Positions 28,909-38,448 of a stretch of DNA of 64,000 nucleotides are shown piece by piece. The notes beneath the pieces are model-generated. The model searched no databases and was not told the DNA's origin. It saw only the letters and a program-made list of their open reading frames with translations. The DNA is from Ignavibacteriales bacterium. Its GTDB lineage: Bacteria > Bacteroidota > Ignavibacteria > UBA10030 > UBA6906. The stretch's first letter is position 1. Every line of letters starts with the position of its first letter. The stretch covers positions 50,397-114,396 of the forward strand of contig JBBIRR010000003.1 in the NCBI GenBank assembly GCA_037441705.1, written 5' to 3'. Both the position numbers and the translations under genes were made by a program.

Positions 28909-31209
28909 ATGAAGGTCGCACGACGAAAAAGAGAAATCGGACACTCGATAGGAACGGTTGGCGATCCACCGGCGATCCTGACCGATAGCCAGTGTATTGC
29001 AATTCTTATCGTGCTTGTCGCCATCTTCTTCCACAAAATCTTGCTCGGCGAGGCGTACTTCTGGGAGGATTTCATTTATCAGAACTACCCTTTTCGTGTG
29101 TTTGCGGCGACCTCGCTTGCACAAGGAGAGCTGCCGTTGTGGAATCCGTACACGTTCAACGGCATGCCGTTTCTTGCCGACATTCAAACAACGGTGTTCT
29201 ATCTTCCGAGCCTGCTGCTGACGCTCTTTGTCAGCGGGGGCACGCTGCATTACTACTGGCTCGAGATGATGATCATCCTGCATTTCGTGCTTGCAGGCAT
29301 CGGTATGTTGTATCTCGCAAAGTCGTTTGGCGTGAGAAACACCCCGGCGTTGTTTGCCGGCGCGGCGTACATGCTCAGCGGGTACATGATCGTCCACACA
29401 ATTCATCAGCAGAACCTGACGCTGGTCGCCTGGTATCCTCTGGTCGTGCTGTTGTTCCGCAAAGCGTTGATAGGGGACGGCTGGCGTGCGGTATTTCTAT
29501 GCAGCATCGTTCTCGGCCATTCCATCCTCGCCGGATATCCGCAGCTCTCACTCTACCTCTACACATTTCTTGGCGCGTACTTCCTGTACGAGCTTCTGAC
29601 GAGGTTCGCAGCGAACGATCTGCTGTCGCGTCCGGCTCTCACGATGGCGGCAAAAGCAGCAAGCATTGTCCTTCTTTCCGTCGCCCTTGCGATGATTCAA
29701 CTGCTGCCGACGTTCGAGCTGTCCGATCTTTCACAGCGCGCGCAGATGACGTTCGAAAAGGCAAGTGAAGGCTCGCTTGCATGGTCGCAGCTTGCAACGC
29801 TGTTCTTTCCAAAAATGTTCGGCGCTGCCGGTGCAACGGGCTTTGAGTACTTCGGTCCGGGAGTGTATTATTACTACTGGGAGACGTGTGTCTACGTCGG
29901 CATCCTTCCGCTCATCCTTGCCGGTGCGTCGATTCTCCGGCGCAAGGATCGCTATGTCATGTTCTTCCTGGGTACGGCTCTCGTCGCGCTGCTCTTCGCA
30001 CTCGGCAAGAACTTTGTGCTGTTCAAGTTGTTCTACGACTTCATTCCCGGATTCTCGAAATTCCGCATCCCTACCCGGATGGGTATCTGGTTGACGTTCT
30101 CCATCTCGCTGCTTTCTGCCTTTTCGCTTCAACATCTTCTCTATGAATCGAAGTCCGGGCGCGAGGGAATACGGAACATTTTCGTGGGAGCGATCGCGTT
30201 GGGGCTTCTCCTCTATTTCCTGATTATCTCCGGCACCTTCGCCGGTTCGTATGTGGAGACAACACATGCCCGCGTGGGCGAGATGGTTTCGAAAGGCGTA
30301 ACGCCGTCGCTGCTGATACTTCTTCTTTCGGGTGTTGTGCTGCTGGTGGTGATGCGCAGGAACCTTGGAGGGCGTACTGCATCGCTTCTCCTCCTCGGCG
30401 CCTTCTTTCTCGATATGTTTGTGTTTGGGGGAGAACAGAACAACGGGACAACGAACCCCGCGGACTACTTCAAACGGCGGAGCGATCTGGTAGCGTTCTT
30501 CAAGCAAGAAGGAGAGAAGGAACTGTTTCGCGTCAACACACGCAACGCGCACGGAATGCTGCCCGGCTGGGATCGGAATCAGGGCATGATCGATCGGATC
30601 TTTATGATGGAGGGCTACACGCCTCTTGCGCTGCAGCGTGCCTATGCGCCGCTCGCCTCCAACGATCAGTCATTCGATCTCCTGAACGTCAAGTACAAGA
30701 CGGTTTTTGACGAGCGCACGCAGCAACAAACCCTCGTCGAACACCCGACACGTCTCCCGCGAGCATTCTTCGTGTATGCCGTCCATGTCGTACGATCAGA
30801 ACAAGAATTGTTGGAGTACATCAAGAGTCCCGCGTTCGATCATCGCTCAACAGCAGTCATCGAACAACCGCTCGTGCTGCCGCAGCCGCAGAGTCAACCT
30901 CATTCGCAGGTGCGCGTGACGTCGTATCGCAACAACCGTATCGAGCTGGCAGTGGAAACGAGCCACGACGGATTTCTGGTCCTCAGCGAAATTTTCTATC
31001 CTGGATGGAAAGCCTACATCGACGGGGTGGAGACGCCCATCTATCGTACGGACTACAATCTGCGCGGGATGCCGGTACCGGCCGGCACGCACACCATCGA
31101 CGTACGCTTCGAGCCTGCGACGTTCTCCAACGGCATGTGGATAACGCTCACGACACTCACCATCTGCGGTGCCGGCGTGATCGTCTCACTTCGGCGGAGA
31201 GCGTCGTGA
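28909..31209 (+). CDS. YfhO-family multi-pass membrane protein (GT-C fold)
   Basis: LPLWNPYTFNGMPF, many TM helices, KFRIPTR, C-terminal LVLSEIFYPGWKAYIDG. Confidence 0.87.
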   Translation: MKVARRKREIGHSIGTVGDPPAILTDSQCIAILIVLVAIFFHKILLGEAYFWEDFIYQNYPFRVFAATSLAQGELPLWNPYTFNGMPFLADIQTTVFYLPSLLLTLFVSGGTLHYYWLEMMIILHFVLAGIGMLYLAKSFGVRNTPALFAGAAYMLSGYMIVHTIHQQNLTLVAWYPLVVLLFRKALIGDGWRAVFLCSIVLGHSILAGYPQLSLYLYTFLGAYFLYELLTRFAANDLLSRPALTMAAKAASIVLLSVALAMIQLLPTFELSDLSQRAQMTFEKASEGSLAWSQLATLFFPKMFGAAGATGFEYFGPGVYYYYWETCVYVGILPLILAGASILRRKDRYVMFFLGTALVALLFALGKNFVLFKLFYDFIPGFSKFRIPTRMGIWLTFSISLLSAFSLQHLLYESKSGREGIRNIFVGAIALGLLLYFLIISGTFAGSYVETTHARVGEMVSKGVTPSLLILLLSGVVLLVVMRRNLGGRTASLLLLGAFFLDMFVFGGEQNNGTTNPADYFKRRSDLVAFFKQEGEKELFRVNTRNAHGMLPGWDRNQGMIDRIFMMEGYTPLALQRAYAPLASNDQSFDLLNVKYKTVFDERTQQQTLVEHPTRLPRAFFVYAVHVVRSEQELLEYIKSPAFDHRSTAVIEQPLVLPQPQSQPHSQVRVTSYRNNRIELAVETSHDGFLVLSEIFYPGWKAYIDGVETPIYRTDYNLRGMPVPAGTHTIDVRFEPATFSNGMWITLTTLTICGAGVIVSLRRRAS

Positions 31210-31239
31210 CCACACGGGAAGGTTGACGGAGCGACAACG

Positions 31240-32391
31240 ATGAACATCATCATTCTCGGAACGGCCTATCCGCTGCGCGGCGGTATCGCTCACTACAACG
31301 CACTCCTCTACCACGAGTTGGCGAAACGACACAGCGTTGCTCTCATCACCTTCAAGCGTCAATATCCATCCTTGCTGTTCCCCGGCAAGACGCAGGCAGA
31401 GGCGGAGAGTGAACAACCGCAAGCGGGCCTGCCCTACGACTGGCATGTCCCGAGCGAACCGTTGGTTGATTCGATCAACCCGCTGAACTGGATCGCCGTC
31501 GGCAACATGATCCGCCGTCGTAAGCCCGACCTTCTCATCATGAAATACTGGCTGCCCTTCTTCGGTCCGTGTTTCGGGACGATTGCACGCGTTGCAAAAC
31601 GGGGAAAGAACATGAAGGTGCTGTACATCTGCGACAACGTTGTGCCGCACGAGAAGCGTCCGGGCGACACCGTGTTCACGCGATACGCCTTCGGCGCGGC
31701 GGATTTCTTCATCGTACAGTCCGATGCAGTCGAGCGCGACCTGAAGACGCTCTTTCCATGGGCGCGCTACAGGAAAGTGCCGCATCCGGTGTACAACATT
31801 TTCGGCGCGCCCATCGCGAAGCATGAGGCGCGGCGTCGCCTCAACATTGCGGACGAGCGTGTGCTGTTGTTCTTCGGATACGTGCGCCCGTACAAGGGCT
31901 TGAACGTGATGCTGCGGGCCATGAAATTGATCGTCGAAAAGCTGAACGTTCGACTCCTCGTCGTCGGCGAGTTCTACGATGACAGGGACAGGTACATGAG
32001 AATGATTGATGAGTTGGGATTGCAGAATTACGTGACGGTGAATGCCGATTATGTTTCGAATGACAGAGTGGGATGGTACTTCTCCGCTTCCGACGTGGTG
32101 ATGCTTCCGTACATTTCCGCAACGCAAAGCGGCATTGCACAGATTGCGTACAACTTCGATAAGCCAGTGATTGCCACAAACGTCGGCGGGCTCGCCGAAG
32201 TGGTACGCGATGGCGTGACGGGATTCGTCGTGCCGTCCAATGACCCCGCGGCGCTTGCTCATGCCGTTGAGCGCTACTTTGTTGAGCAGCGGGAAGCCGA
32301 ATTTGCCGCGAACGTCGCGCAGGAGAAGCGCAAGTATAGCTGGGAGGCAATGGTCAACGCCATCGAAACTTTGATGCAGTCGGAGGCATGA
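31240..32391 (+). CDS. GT4 glycosyltransferase
   Basis: YPLRGGIAHY, FFGYVRPYKGL, PYISATQSG, PVIATNVGGLAE. Confidence 0.92.
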   Translation: MNIIILGTAYPLRGGIAHYNALLYHELAKRHSVALITFKRQYPSLLFPGKTQAEAESEQPQAGLPYDWHVPSEPLVDSINPLNWIAVGNMIRRRKPDLLIMKYWLPFFGPCFGTIARVAKRGKNMKVLYICDNVVPHEKRPGDTVFTRYAFGAADFFIVQSDAVERDLKTLFPWARYRKVPHPVYNIFGAPIAKHEARRRLNIADERVLLFFGYVRPYKGLNVMLRAMKLIVEKLNVRLLVVGEFYDDRDRYMRMIDELGLQNYVTVNADYVSNDRVGWYFSASDVVMLPYISATQSGIAQIAYNFDKPVIATNVGGLAEVVRDGVTGFVVPSNDPAALAHAVERYFVEQREAEFAANVAQEKRKYSWEAMVNAIETLMQSEA

Positions 32392-33320
32392 CTCGAACCT
32401 CGAATCCCGAACCCCGCATCGCCCCGCAATGTCCTGTCTGCGCTTCGGCGTCCGTTCGTTCGCTTCCGTTCGGGTACATGTTCAACGGACGCTGGCTCGG
32501 CGGCTGCGAGTGCCGCACGTGCGGCATCATCTTCCTTCATCCGCAACCGACCGCTGACGAGCTTGTGCAGATGTACTCGAAGGAGTATTTCGAGGGCGAC
32601 TTTCGTTGCGGGCATGCGGGAAGCTACTTCGACGAGAGCACACACGACGCCCTGGCTGATCGGTCGTTAATTGCGAAGATCAAGCGGCTCAAACCCGAAG
32701 GCTCGTTTCTCGAAATCGGGTGTGCCGGCGGAGCGTTTCTGCATGCAGCACGTCAGGCGGGGTACCGCGTCACGGGAGTGGAGTTCTCCGACGCGGCGGC
32801 GCAACTCGCACGCGAGCGGTTCCACCTCGATGTCTTCACCGGCGATGTGCGCGACGCGCAGTTTTCGTCCAATACCTTTGATGTCGTCTTCATGGGGGAC
32901 GTGCTCGAACATCTGACCGAACCGGTTGCAACGTGCAGCGAAGTTTATCGCGTCCTCGCTCCCGGAGGCATTTTCGTGATCGAATGCCCGATGCAAACAA
33001 ACACGCTCTTTTCGCGTCTCGGCTTTGCGGTGTATGCGTTGCTGCGGAAGCGAGCGATCGTGAATCTTCCCCCTTATCACGTGTTTGAATATCGCCGATC
33101 GAGCATGACGTCGTTGCTGAAGCGCTGCGGCTTTACGATTGTCTGTGCGCGCGAGGGTATCATTCCGCCGCACAAGATTGCGCTGCGGGGCACAGGCGTC
33201 CAAAATCTGGGCAAGAAACTCTTCCAGTATCCCAACGCCCTCCTGACGCGTCTGTTTGGTGTTTTCGGTGATCGGATTGAAATGATCGCGCAAAAGCCGT
33301 CGGGTGTGACAAGCGCGTGA
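32388..33320 (+). CDS. Class I SAM methyltransferase with N-terminal Zn-ribbon
   Basis: CPVC...CRTC; LEIGCAGG; DVLEHL. Confidence 0.88.
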   Translation: MTRTSNPEPRIAPQCPVCASASVRSLPFGYMFNGRWLGGCECRTCGIIFLHPQPTADELVQMYSKEYFEGDFRCGHAGSYFDESTHDALADRSLIAKIKRLKPEGSFLEIGCAGGAFLHAARQAGYRVTGVEFSDAAAQLARERFHLDVFTGDVRDAQFSSNTFDVVFMGDVLEHLTEPVATCSEVYRVLAPGGIFVIECPMQTNTLFSRLGFAVYALLRKRAIVNLPPYHVFEYRRSSMTSLLKRCGFTIVCAREGIIPPHKIALRGTGVQNLGKKLFQYPNALLTRLFGVFGDRIEMIAQKPSGVTSA

Positions 33321-34090
33321 TGACTATGACCGAACAAACAAAATTATACTGGCGGTATGAATACGATGTCGCCGCGAAGTACATGATCCCCCTGTTGGAA
33401 CAGTGGGGCGTGTCGCTGCGCGACGCCGCCGTCATCGATGTCGGGTGCGGTGAGGGAGGCGGACTCTGTGCAATGTTTGATGCGGGGGCTGCCCGCTGCG
33501 ACGGATTCGACATCGAGCCTGGTCGAGTCGAAGCAGCGCAGCACCTGAAAGGCGACCGCCCGATCACTCTTACTACGGGCAATCTCTACGACGAGCGCCC
33601 TCCGTTCTACGGGGAGTACTATGACCTCGTGGTGCTTCACGATGTGTTCGAACATCTCGATTTCAAAGAAGAGGTCATGAACAAGCTTGCCTCGTATGCT
33701 CAGCCGAACGGCTACATCATGATCACATTTCCGCCGTACTACTCCGCCTACGGTGCGCATCAACAGTTGTTGAACACGCAATGGGCGAAAATGCCGTTCA
33801 TCCATCTCGTGCCGTTCGCCTTCCGCAAAATTCTCCCGCAGCTCAAGAACGAGCATCCGCACATCGTCGAGGAAATTCTCAAACTCGGCAGATTGAAGAT
33901 GGGCATGAAGAAGTTTGAAGCGATCGTCCGCCGGTGTGGATTGACGATCGGCGGAAAGCAAGCGTACTTCATCAGTCCCAATCACATCCGCTTCGGCTTG
34001 AAGCCGCTGCCGGCAGGAAGGATCGCCGAGCTGCCGATTCTCGGCGAACTGATCTGCACGGGCGTTGTGTATCTGATTGGAAGGAGGTAA
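33317..34090 (+). CDS. Class I SAM methyltransferase
   Basis: IDVGCGEGG; HDVFEHL. Confidence 0.88.
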   Translation: MMTMTEQTKLYWRYEYDVAAKYMIPLLEQWGVSLRDAAVIDVGCGEGGGLCAMFDAGAARCDGFDIEPGRVEAAQHLKGDRPITLTTGNLYDERPPFYGEYYDLVVLHDVFEHLDFKEEVMNKLASYAQPNGYIMITFPPYYSAYGAHQQLLNTQWAKMPFIHLVPFAFRKILPQLKNEHPHIVEEILKLGRLKMGMKKFEAIVRRCGLTIGGKQAYFISPNHIRFGLKPLPAGRIAELPILGELICTGVVYLIGRR

Positions 34091-34163
34091 GTGGGTTGTA
34101 CAGGTATGGAGTTTCCAGTGTCGTGAGTTCCTCCGATTTTTCTTTCGTATCGAAACTCGTATC

Positions 34164-35003
34164 TTGAATACGCCTGTTGTGTACATTGTGCTTGTCAACT
34201 GGAACGGGCGGGACGTGACGCTTGCGTGCCTCGATTCGCTCGCGAAACTGACGTATCCGCAGTTCAAAGTCGTCGTCGTTGACAACGCATCAACCGATGG
34301 CTCGGTGCAGGCGATACGCGACCGACATCCCGCGGTTGTTGTGCTGGAACAGCAGCGCAATCTCCGCTTTGCCGGAGGCAGCAATGCCGGCATCCGCTAC
34401 GCCCTCGAGCACGGTGCCGAGATGATCTGCTTGCTCAACAACGACACAACGGTTGACAGTAATTTTCTGACGGCTCTGGTTGCGCGCCTGCAGTCCGATG
34501 CAACGATCGGCGCCGTGGCTCCGAAAATCTATTACTTCGACGAGCCGCAGCGCATCTGGTTTGCCGGCGGGGAGATTTCGATGTGGACGGGAACGATGCG
34601 GCATGTCGGCATCCGAGAGCTTGACCACGGGCAGTACGAGACGAGCCGTGAGATCGACTACGCTACCGGCTGCTGCATCCTGACAACGAGGCAAGTGATC
34701 GAACAAGTAGGCATGCTGGACGAATCGTACCACATGTACACCGAAGACGCCGACTGGAGTATGCGTATCCGTCGGGCAGGCTACCGGATCATGTACGAAC
34801 CGCGGGCGAGGGTGTGGCACAAACTTTCAATCGCCAGCGGCGGCCATCTCTCTTTTTTCAAGATGAAGAACAAGTTCATCAGCAATCTCCGTTTCTTCTT
34901 TCGCTACGCCACGCTGCCGCAGAAGCTGGTGTTTCCGTGGCTGAACGTGCTGGTCAACGCTCTTGCCGCCATCCGCTACGCGTGGGAGGTGCGGAAGCAG
35001 TAG
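34164..35003 (+). CDS. GT2 glycosyltransferase (rhamnosyltransferase-like)
   Basis: VLVNWNG, VDNASTD, LLNNDT, YTEDADW; start taken at TTG 34164. Confidence 0.88.
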   Translation: MNTPVVYIVLVNWNGRDVTLACLDSLAKLTYPQFKVVVVDNASTDGSVQAIRDRHPAVVVLEQQRNLRFAGGSNAGIRYALEHGAEMICLLNNDTTVDSNFLTALVARLQSDATIGAVAPKIYYFDEPQRIWFAGGEISMWTGTMRHVGIRELDHGQYETSREIDYATGCCILTTRQVIEQVGMLDESYHMYTEDADWSMRIRRAGYRIMYEPRARVWHKLSIASGGHLSFFKMKNKFISNLRFFFRYATLPQKLVFPWLNVLVNALAAIRYAWEVRKQ

Positions 35004-36334
35004 TGGAATTCGGCAAACATCTCAGCAAAGGCATCTGGGGGTTGGCGGACAAGGCGCTGCCCGTCGTGTACGGCGTTGCCTATGTCGTGCTGGTGATTCG
35101 TGTCTTGCCCGAGGAAGAGTTCGGAAACTTTGTGCTGATTCAGGAAATTTTTCTCGTGGTGACGGGACTGGCTATGGCGTTCGCGCTTCAGCCGTTGTTG
35201 AAGTTCGCCGCAGAGGAAACGAGTGACCAGCGCGGCGTTCTCAGCTCGGCACTCTGGTTGAACACGGCCTTCATCCTTCTCGCATCACTTCTGCTGGTCG
35301 GCCTGCGGGATCCGTTCAGCACCCTTCTGAACTCGCCGCGGCTGGGTCCCTTGATGCTGTACCTGCCGGCGATGTTTGCCGCGTCGTTCATTCGCAATTA
35401 CACGCTGGTGCTGCTGCAGAGCAGGTTTCTTATCCAGCAGGTGTTCTGGGTGGACGCCTTTCATTTTCTTGGCGCGCCGATCCTCATTTACATCTACTCC
35501 AAGATGAACCTGTTCGACAGCGCGCTCGATCTGATCATCATCAACATCATCTCGCTCTCTGCCTCGTCGCTCGTCGGCCTCATCCTCTCGCGAACCATCT
35601 TGCGTCTCCGGTTGCGGCCCGGAAAGGAAGAGATGCGAAAGGTGTGGGACTACGGCAAGTATGCGCTCGGCGGTCTCGTCAGTTACATGGTGTACACGAA
35701 AGCGGATTCGTTCATCCTCTCGGCATTCAGCGGACCGGTGCAGGTGGCAGTGTACAACTCGGTGAAAGTGTTCACGCGCATCTACGACATGGCGGCGCAG
35801 GTGCTGCAGATGTTTGTCCTGCCGGCAACATCGCGCCTGGCATCAAAAGGAGATGTCAACTCGCTCAAAGTGTTCGTTGAGAAGGCGCTCAACTTTTCGA
35901 CCATCGGAATGCTTCCCGTGTTCGTGCTGTTTCTCGTACTCGCGTCGCCGTTGGTGAGGATCGTGTACCAGGGTCGGTACCTCGAAGCCATCCCCATGCT
36001 GCAAATCTTTTCGGCGCTGGCGTTGGTGGTGCCGGCGATAGCGATTGCGTCGAATACACTTCTGGGCTTGGGCCAGGCGAGACTTGGGTTTGTCATCGGC
36101 TTGTTTCTCCTCCTTGCGTCGGTTACGTTGTATCTGCTGTTTATCCCGTGGTCTGGGGCTATCGGAGCAACAATAGCTTACGTTCTTTCCTCGCTGGTGC
36201 TCGCATGGATGATGTTAGCATACATGAGGAAACATGTTCCCGTGACTGTACACGAAGTTGCTGTTCGAACCAACGATATCAAAGTATTCATTAGGAACAA
36301 GCTCGGCTCATATCTAAGACCTCACTCAGAGTAG
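35003..36334 (+). CDS. Wzx/MATE-like oligosaccharide flippase
   Basis: About 12 hydrophobic segments, LPEEEFG, DSFILSAF..P.QVAVY; GTG start overlapping previous stop. Confidence 0.87.
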   Translation: MEFGKHLSKGIWGLADKALPVVYGVAYVVLVIRVLPEEEFGNFVLIQEIFLVVTGLAMAFALQPLLKFAAEETSDQRGVLSSALWLNTAFILLASLLLVGLRDPFSTLLNSPRLGPLMLYLPAMFAASFIRNYTLVLLQSRFLIQQVFWVDAFHFLGAPILIYIYSKMNLFDSALDLIIINIISLSASSLVGLILSRTILRLRLRPGKEEMRKVWDYGKYALGGLVSYMVYTKADSFILSAFSGPVQVAVYNSVKVFTRIYDMAAQVLQMFVLPATSRLASKGDVNSLKVFVEKALNFSTIGMLPVFVLFLVLASPLVRIVYQGRYLEAIPMLQIFSALALVVPAIAIASNTLLGLGQARLGFVIGLFLLLASVTLYLLFIPWSGAIGATIAYVLSSLVLAWMMLAYMRKHVPVTVHEVAVRTNDIKVFIRNKLGSYLRPHSE

Positions 36335-36341
36335 AGACTGC

Positions 36342-37472
36342 ATGACGATCGTTTACGATGTCAGCCATATTCGACAGCGAAGGGCAGGGATCGGCCGATT
36401 TGCCGCGCTTCTTTTGCGAGCACTCCTCGCTGCCGATGCCCAGCGAAGCTATATCTTGCATGCGTGGGGTCCTGATCTCGATAAGACAACAATAGAGTCC
36501 TTTTCGAGACCCAACGTTCGGTTGAATCTCGCTTCGGTCCCTGGAGCACTCAAACGCCTTTACTGGAACATTCTTCTCGCTCCAAAGCTTGAAAGGTTCA
36601 TAGGTGCGTTTGACCTGTTTCATAGTTCAGAAGCGCTCTTGCCTCCGCTTGGAGTGAGACGCTCCGTGGTTACTTTTTATGATGCTGCATTCCATAAGTT
36701 TCCACAGTTCTATGGGGGATGGACTGCAAGAAAGTGGGAATACTTATTCCGGCGGTCAGTTTGGAAAGCCGATGCCGTCATTGTCATTTCGGAAAGTACA
36801 CGCAATGATCTCATCGAGATGACAGGGATCTCCTCGCGCAAGGTTCATATTGTCCGCCCTCCCGTTGATCCGATCTTCAACGAGGCGGCTTCCTCTGAAC
36901 AGAAGGATCGCGTACGCCGCAAGTACTCGTTACCGGACGAGTTCTTCTTGTTCGTAGGCACGCTCGAGCCGCGCAAGAACGTTGTACGGTTGGTCAAAGC
37001 CTTCGAGATGTTTCACCACCAACACCGCACCGATGTGTCGCTGGTGCTTGTCGGAGGCAAGGGGTGGTTATACGAGGACACGATAGCGGCTATCGAAACG
37101 TCGTCTTTGCGAAACAGAATTCGCCTGCTTGACTACGTCGAGGATGCAGATTTATCCGTTCTGTATCAGACAGCGATGATGTTCGTCTTTCCGTCTCTTT
37201 ATGAAGGACACGGCTTTCCCGTCGCAGAAGCAATGGCCTCCGGGGCTCCGGTCATAACATCGAACAATTCTTCTTTGAGAGAGATCGGAGAAAATGCAGC
37301 CTTGCTCGTCGACCCTGAGAATGTGAACGATCTTTCGCGAGCAATGGACTCGTTATTCACCAGCAAAGATTTGCGCGACGAGCTGTCTGCAAAAGGCCGT
37401 CAGCGAGCAACGCAATTCTCTCTGGCAAACGCAGCCCACGTGGTTCTCCACCTCTACGACACATTAGGTTGA
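36342..37472 (+). CDS. GT4 glycosyltransferase (mannosyltransferase-like)
   Basis: FVGTLEPRKN, FPSLYEGHGFPVAEAMASG. Confidence 0.92.
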   Translation: MTIVYDVSHIRQRRAGIGRFAALLLRALLAADAQRSYILHAWGPDLDKTTIESFSRPNVRLNLASVPGALKRLYWNILLAPKLERFIGAFDLFHSSEALLPPLGVRRSVVTFYDAAFHKFPQFYGGWTARKWEYLFRRSVWKADAVIVISESTRNDLIEMTGISSRKVHIVRPPVDPIFNEAASSEQKDRVRRKYSLPDEFFLFVGTLEPRKNVVRLVKAFEMFHHQHRTDVSLVLVGGKGWLYEDTIAAIETSSLRNRIRLLDYVEDADLSVLYQTAMMFVFPSLYEGHGFPVAEAMASGAPVITSNNSSLREIGENAALLVDPENVNDLSRAMDSLFTSKDLRDELSAKGRQRATQFSLANAAHVVLHLYDTLG

Positions 37473-37479
37473 GACAAAG

Positions 37480-38259
37480 ATGAAGGTTCACGCGCTTGTC
37501 GATGCTGCGTTGAAGGCGTACCATCTTGTGGTTCCTCCAAAAATCGACCGCGAAATCCAGCGTGCACTGCGTCTTCCGCAACCGGACTTCCCTCACTCGA
37601 TAACCTTGCCGGCCAACTACGGACGTGGAATGACCGAGCGCGTCGTGGAACTCCTTATTGCACGATTGACGTACCAACCCGGGAAGCATGTGCTGGATGT
37701 AGGTCACGCAAATATCATGAACGCCCATGCACGGATGCTCAAAACCCTGCCGAGGCCTTTGACGATCACCGGCGTTGATATCGCTTCACCGAGCGAGGAG
37801 ATCCGCTCGCTTTACACAGAGTCGGTTAGAGCAAGCATTACCGGCACGAACTTCCCCGACGAATCATTCGATCTCATTTGGTGCATTTCAACGCTCGAAC
37901 ATTTTGGAATGGATAACTCCCTCTACACGACTCAGTTCATTGTGGATCAAGAGATGGATCTCAAGGCGGTGCAGGAGATGATACGAATCCTGCGCCGGGA
38001 TGGAACGCTCTACATTAGTGTTCCTTACGGAAAGTATGAAGACCTTGGGTGGCTTCGCAATTACGACCAGGCACGATGGCAGCAACTTCTCGCTGTTGCT
38101 CGGCCCGTTTCACGTGTCAGCGAATTGTATTTCAAGTACTCCGACGAACATGGCTGGAAGGTCGCCCGCCCCGATGAACTTGTGGACACCGGCTATTCGG
38201 ATCACGACAACGCGGGTGCTTCCGGCCTGGCCGTTGCGCTCATTCATAAGATGAGGTAG
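37480..38259 (+). CDS. Class I SAM methyltransferase-like protein
   Basis: VLDVG, GVD, FDLIWCISTLEHFG. Confidence 0.8.
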   Translation: MKVHALVDAALKAYHLVVPPKIDREIQRALRLPQPDFPHSITLPANYGRGMTERVVELLIARLTYQPGKHVLDVGHANIMNAHARMLKTLPRPLTITGVDIASPSEEIRSLYTESVRASITGTNFPDESFDLIWCISTLEHFGMDNSLYTTQFIVDQEMDLKAVQEMIRILRRDGTLYISVPYGKYEDLGWLRNYDQARWQQLLAVARPVSRVSELYFKYSDEHGWKVARPDELVDTGYSDHDNAGASGLAVALIHKMR

Positions 38260-38448
38260 TCCGGAGCTTTTGGAGTTCGTCAAGGCATTCAGCTGCATTG
38301 AACAATCTCCAAACCCGAGACGGCAGAGAGCGCGTTTACGGGACACCCATCCTGCGAATGAACGACTCTTGCTTCTCTTGACAACAAAGTGTAGCTTCGT
38401 CCGGATGGTTTTTTGTGTTTGCCTCTTGATAAAAACATGGAGGCTGCC

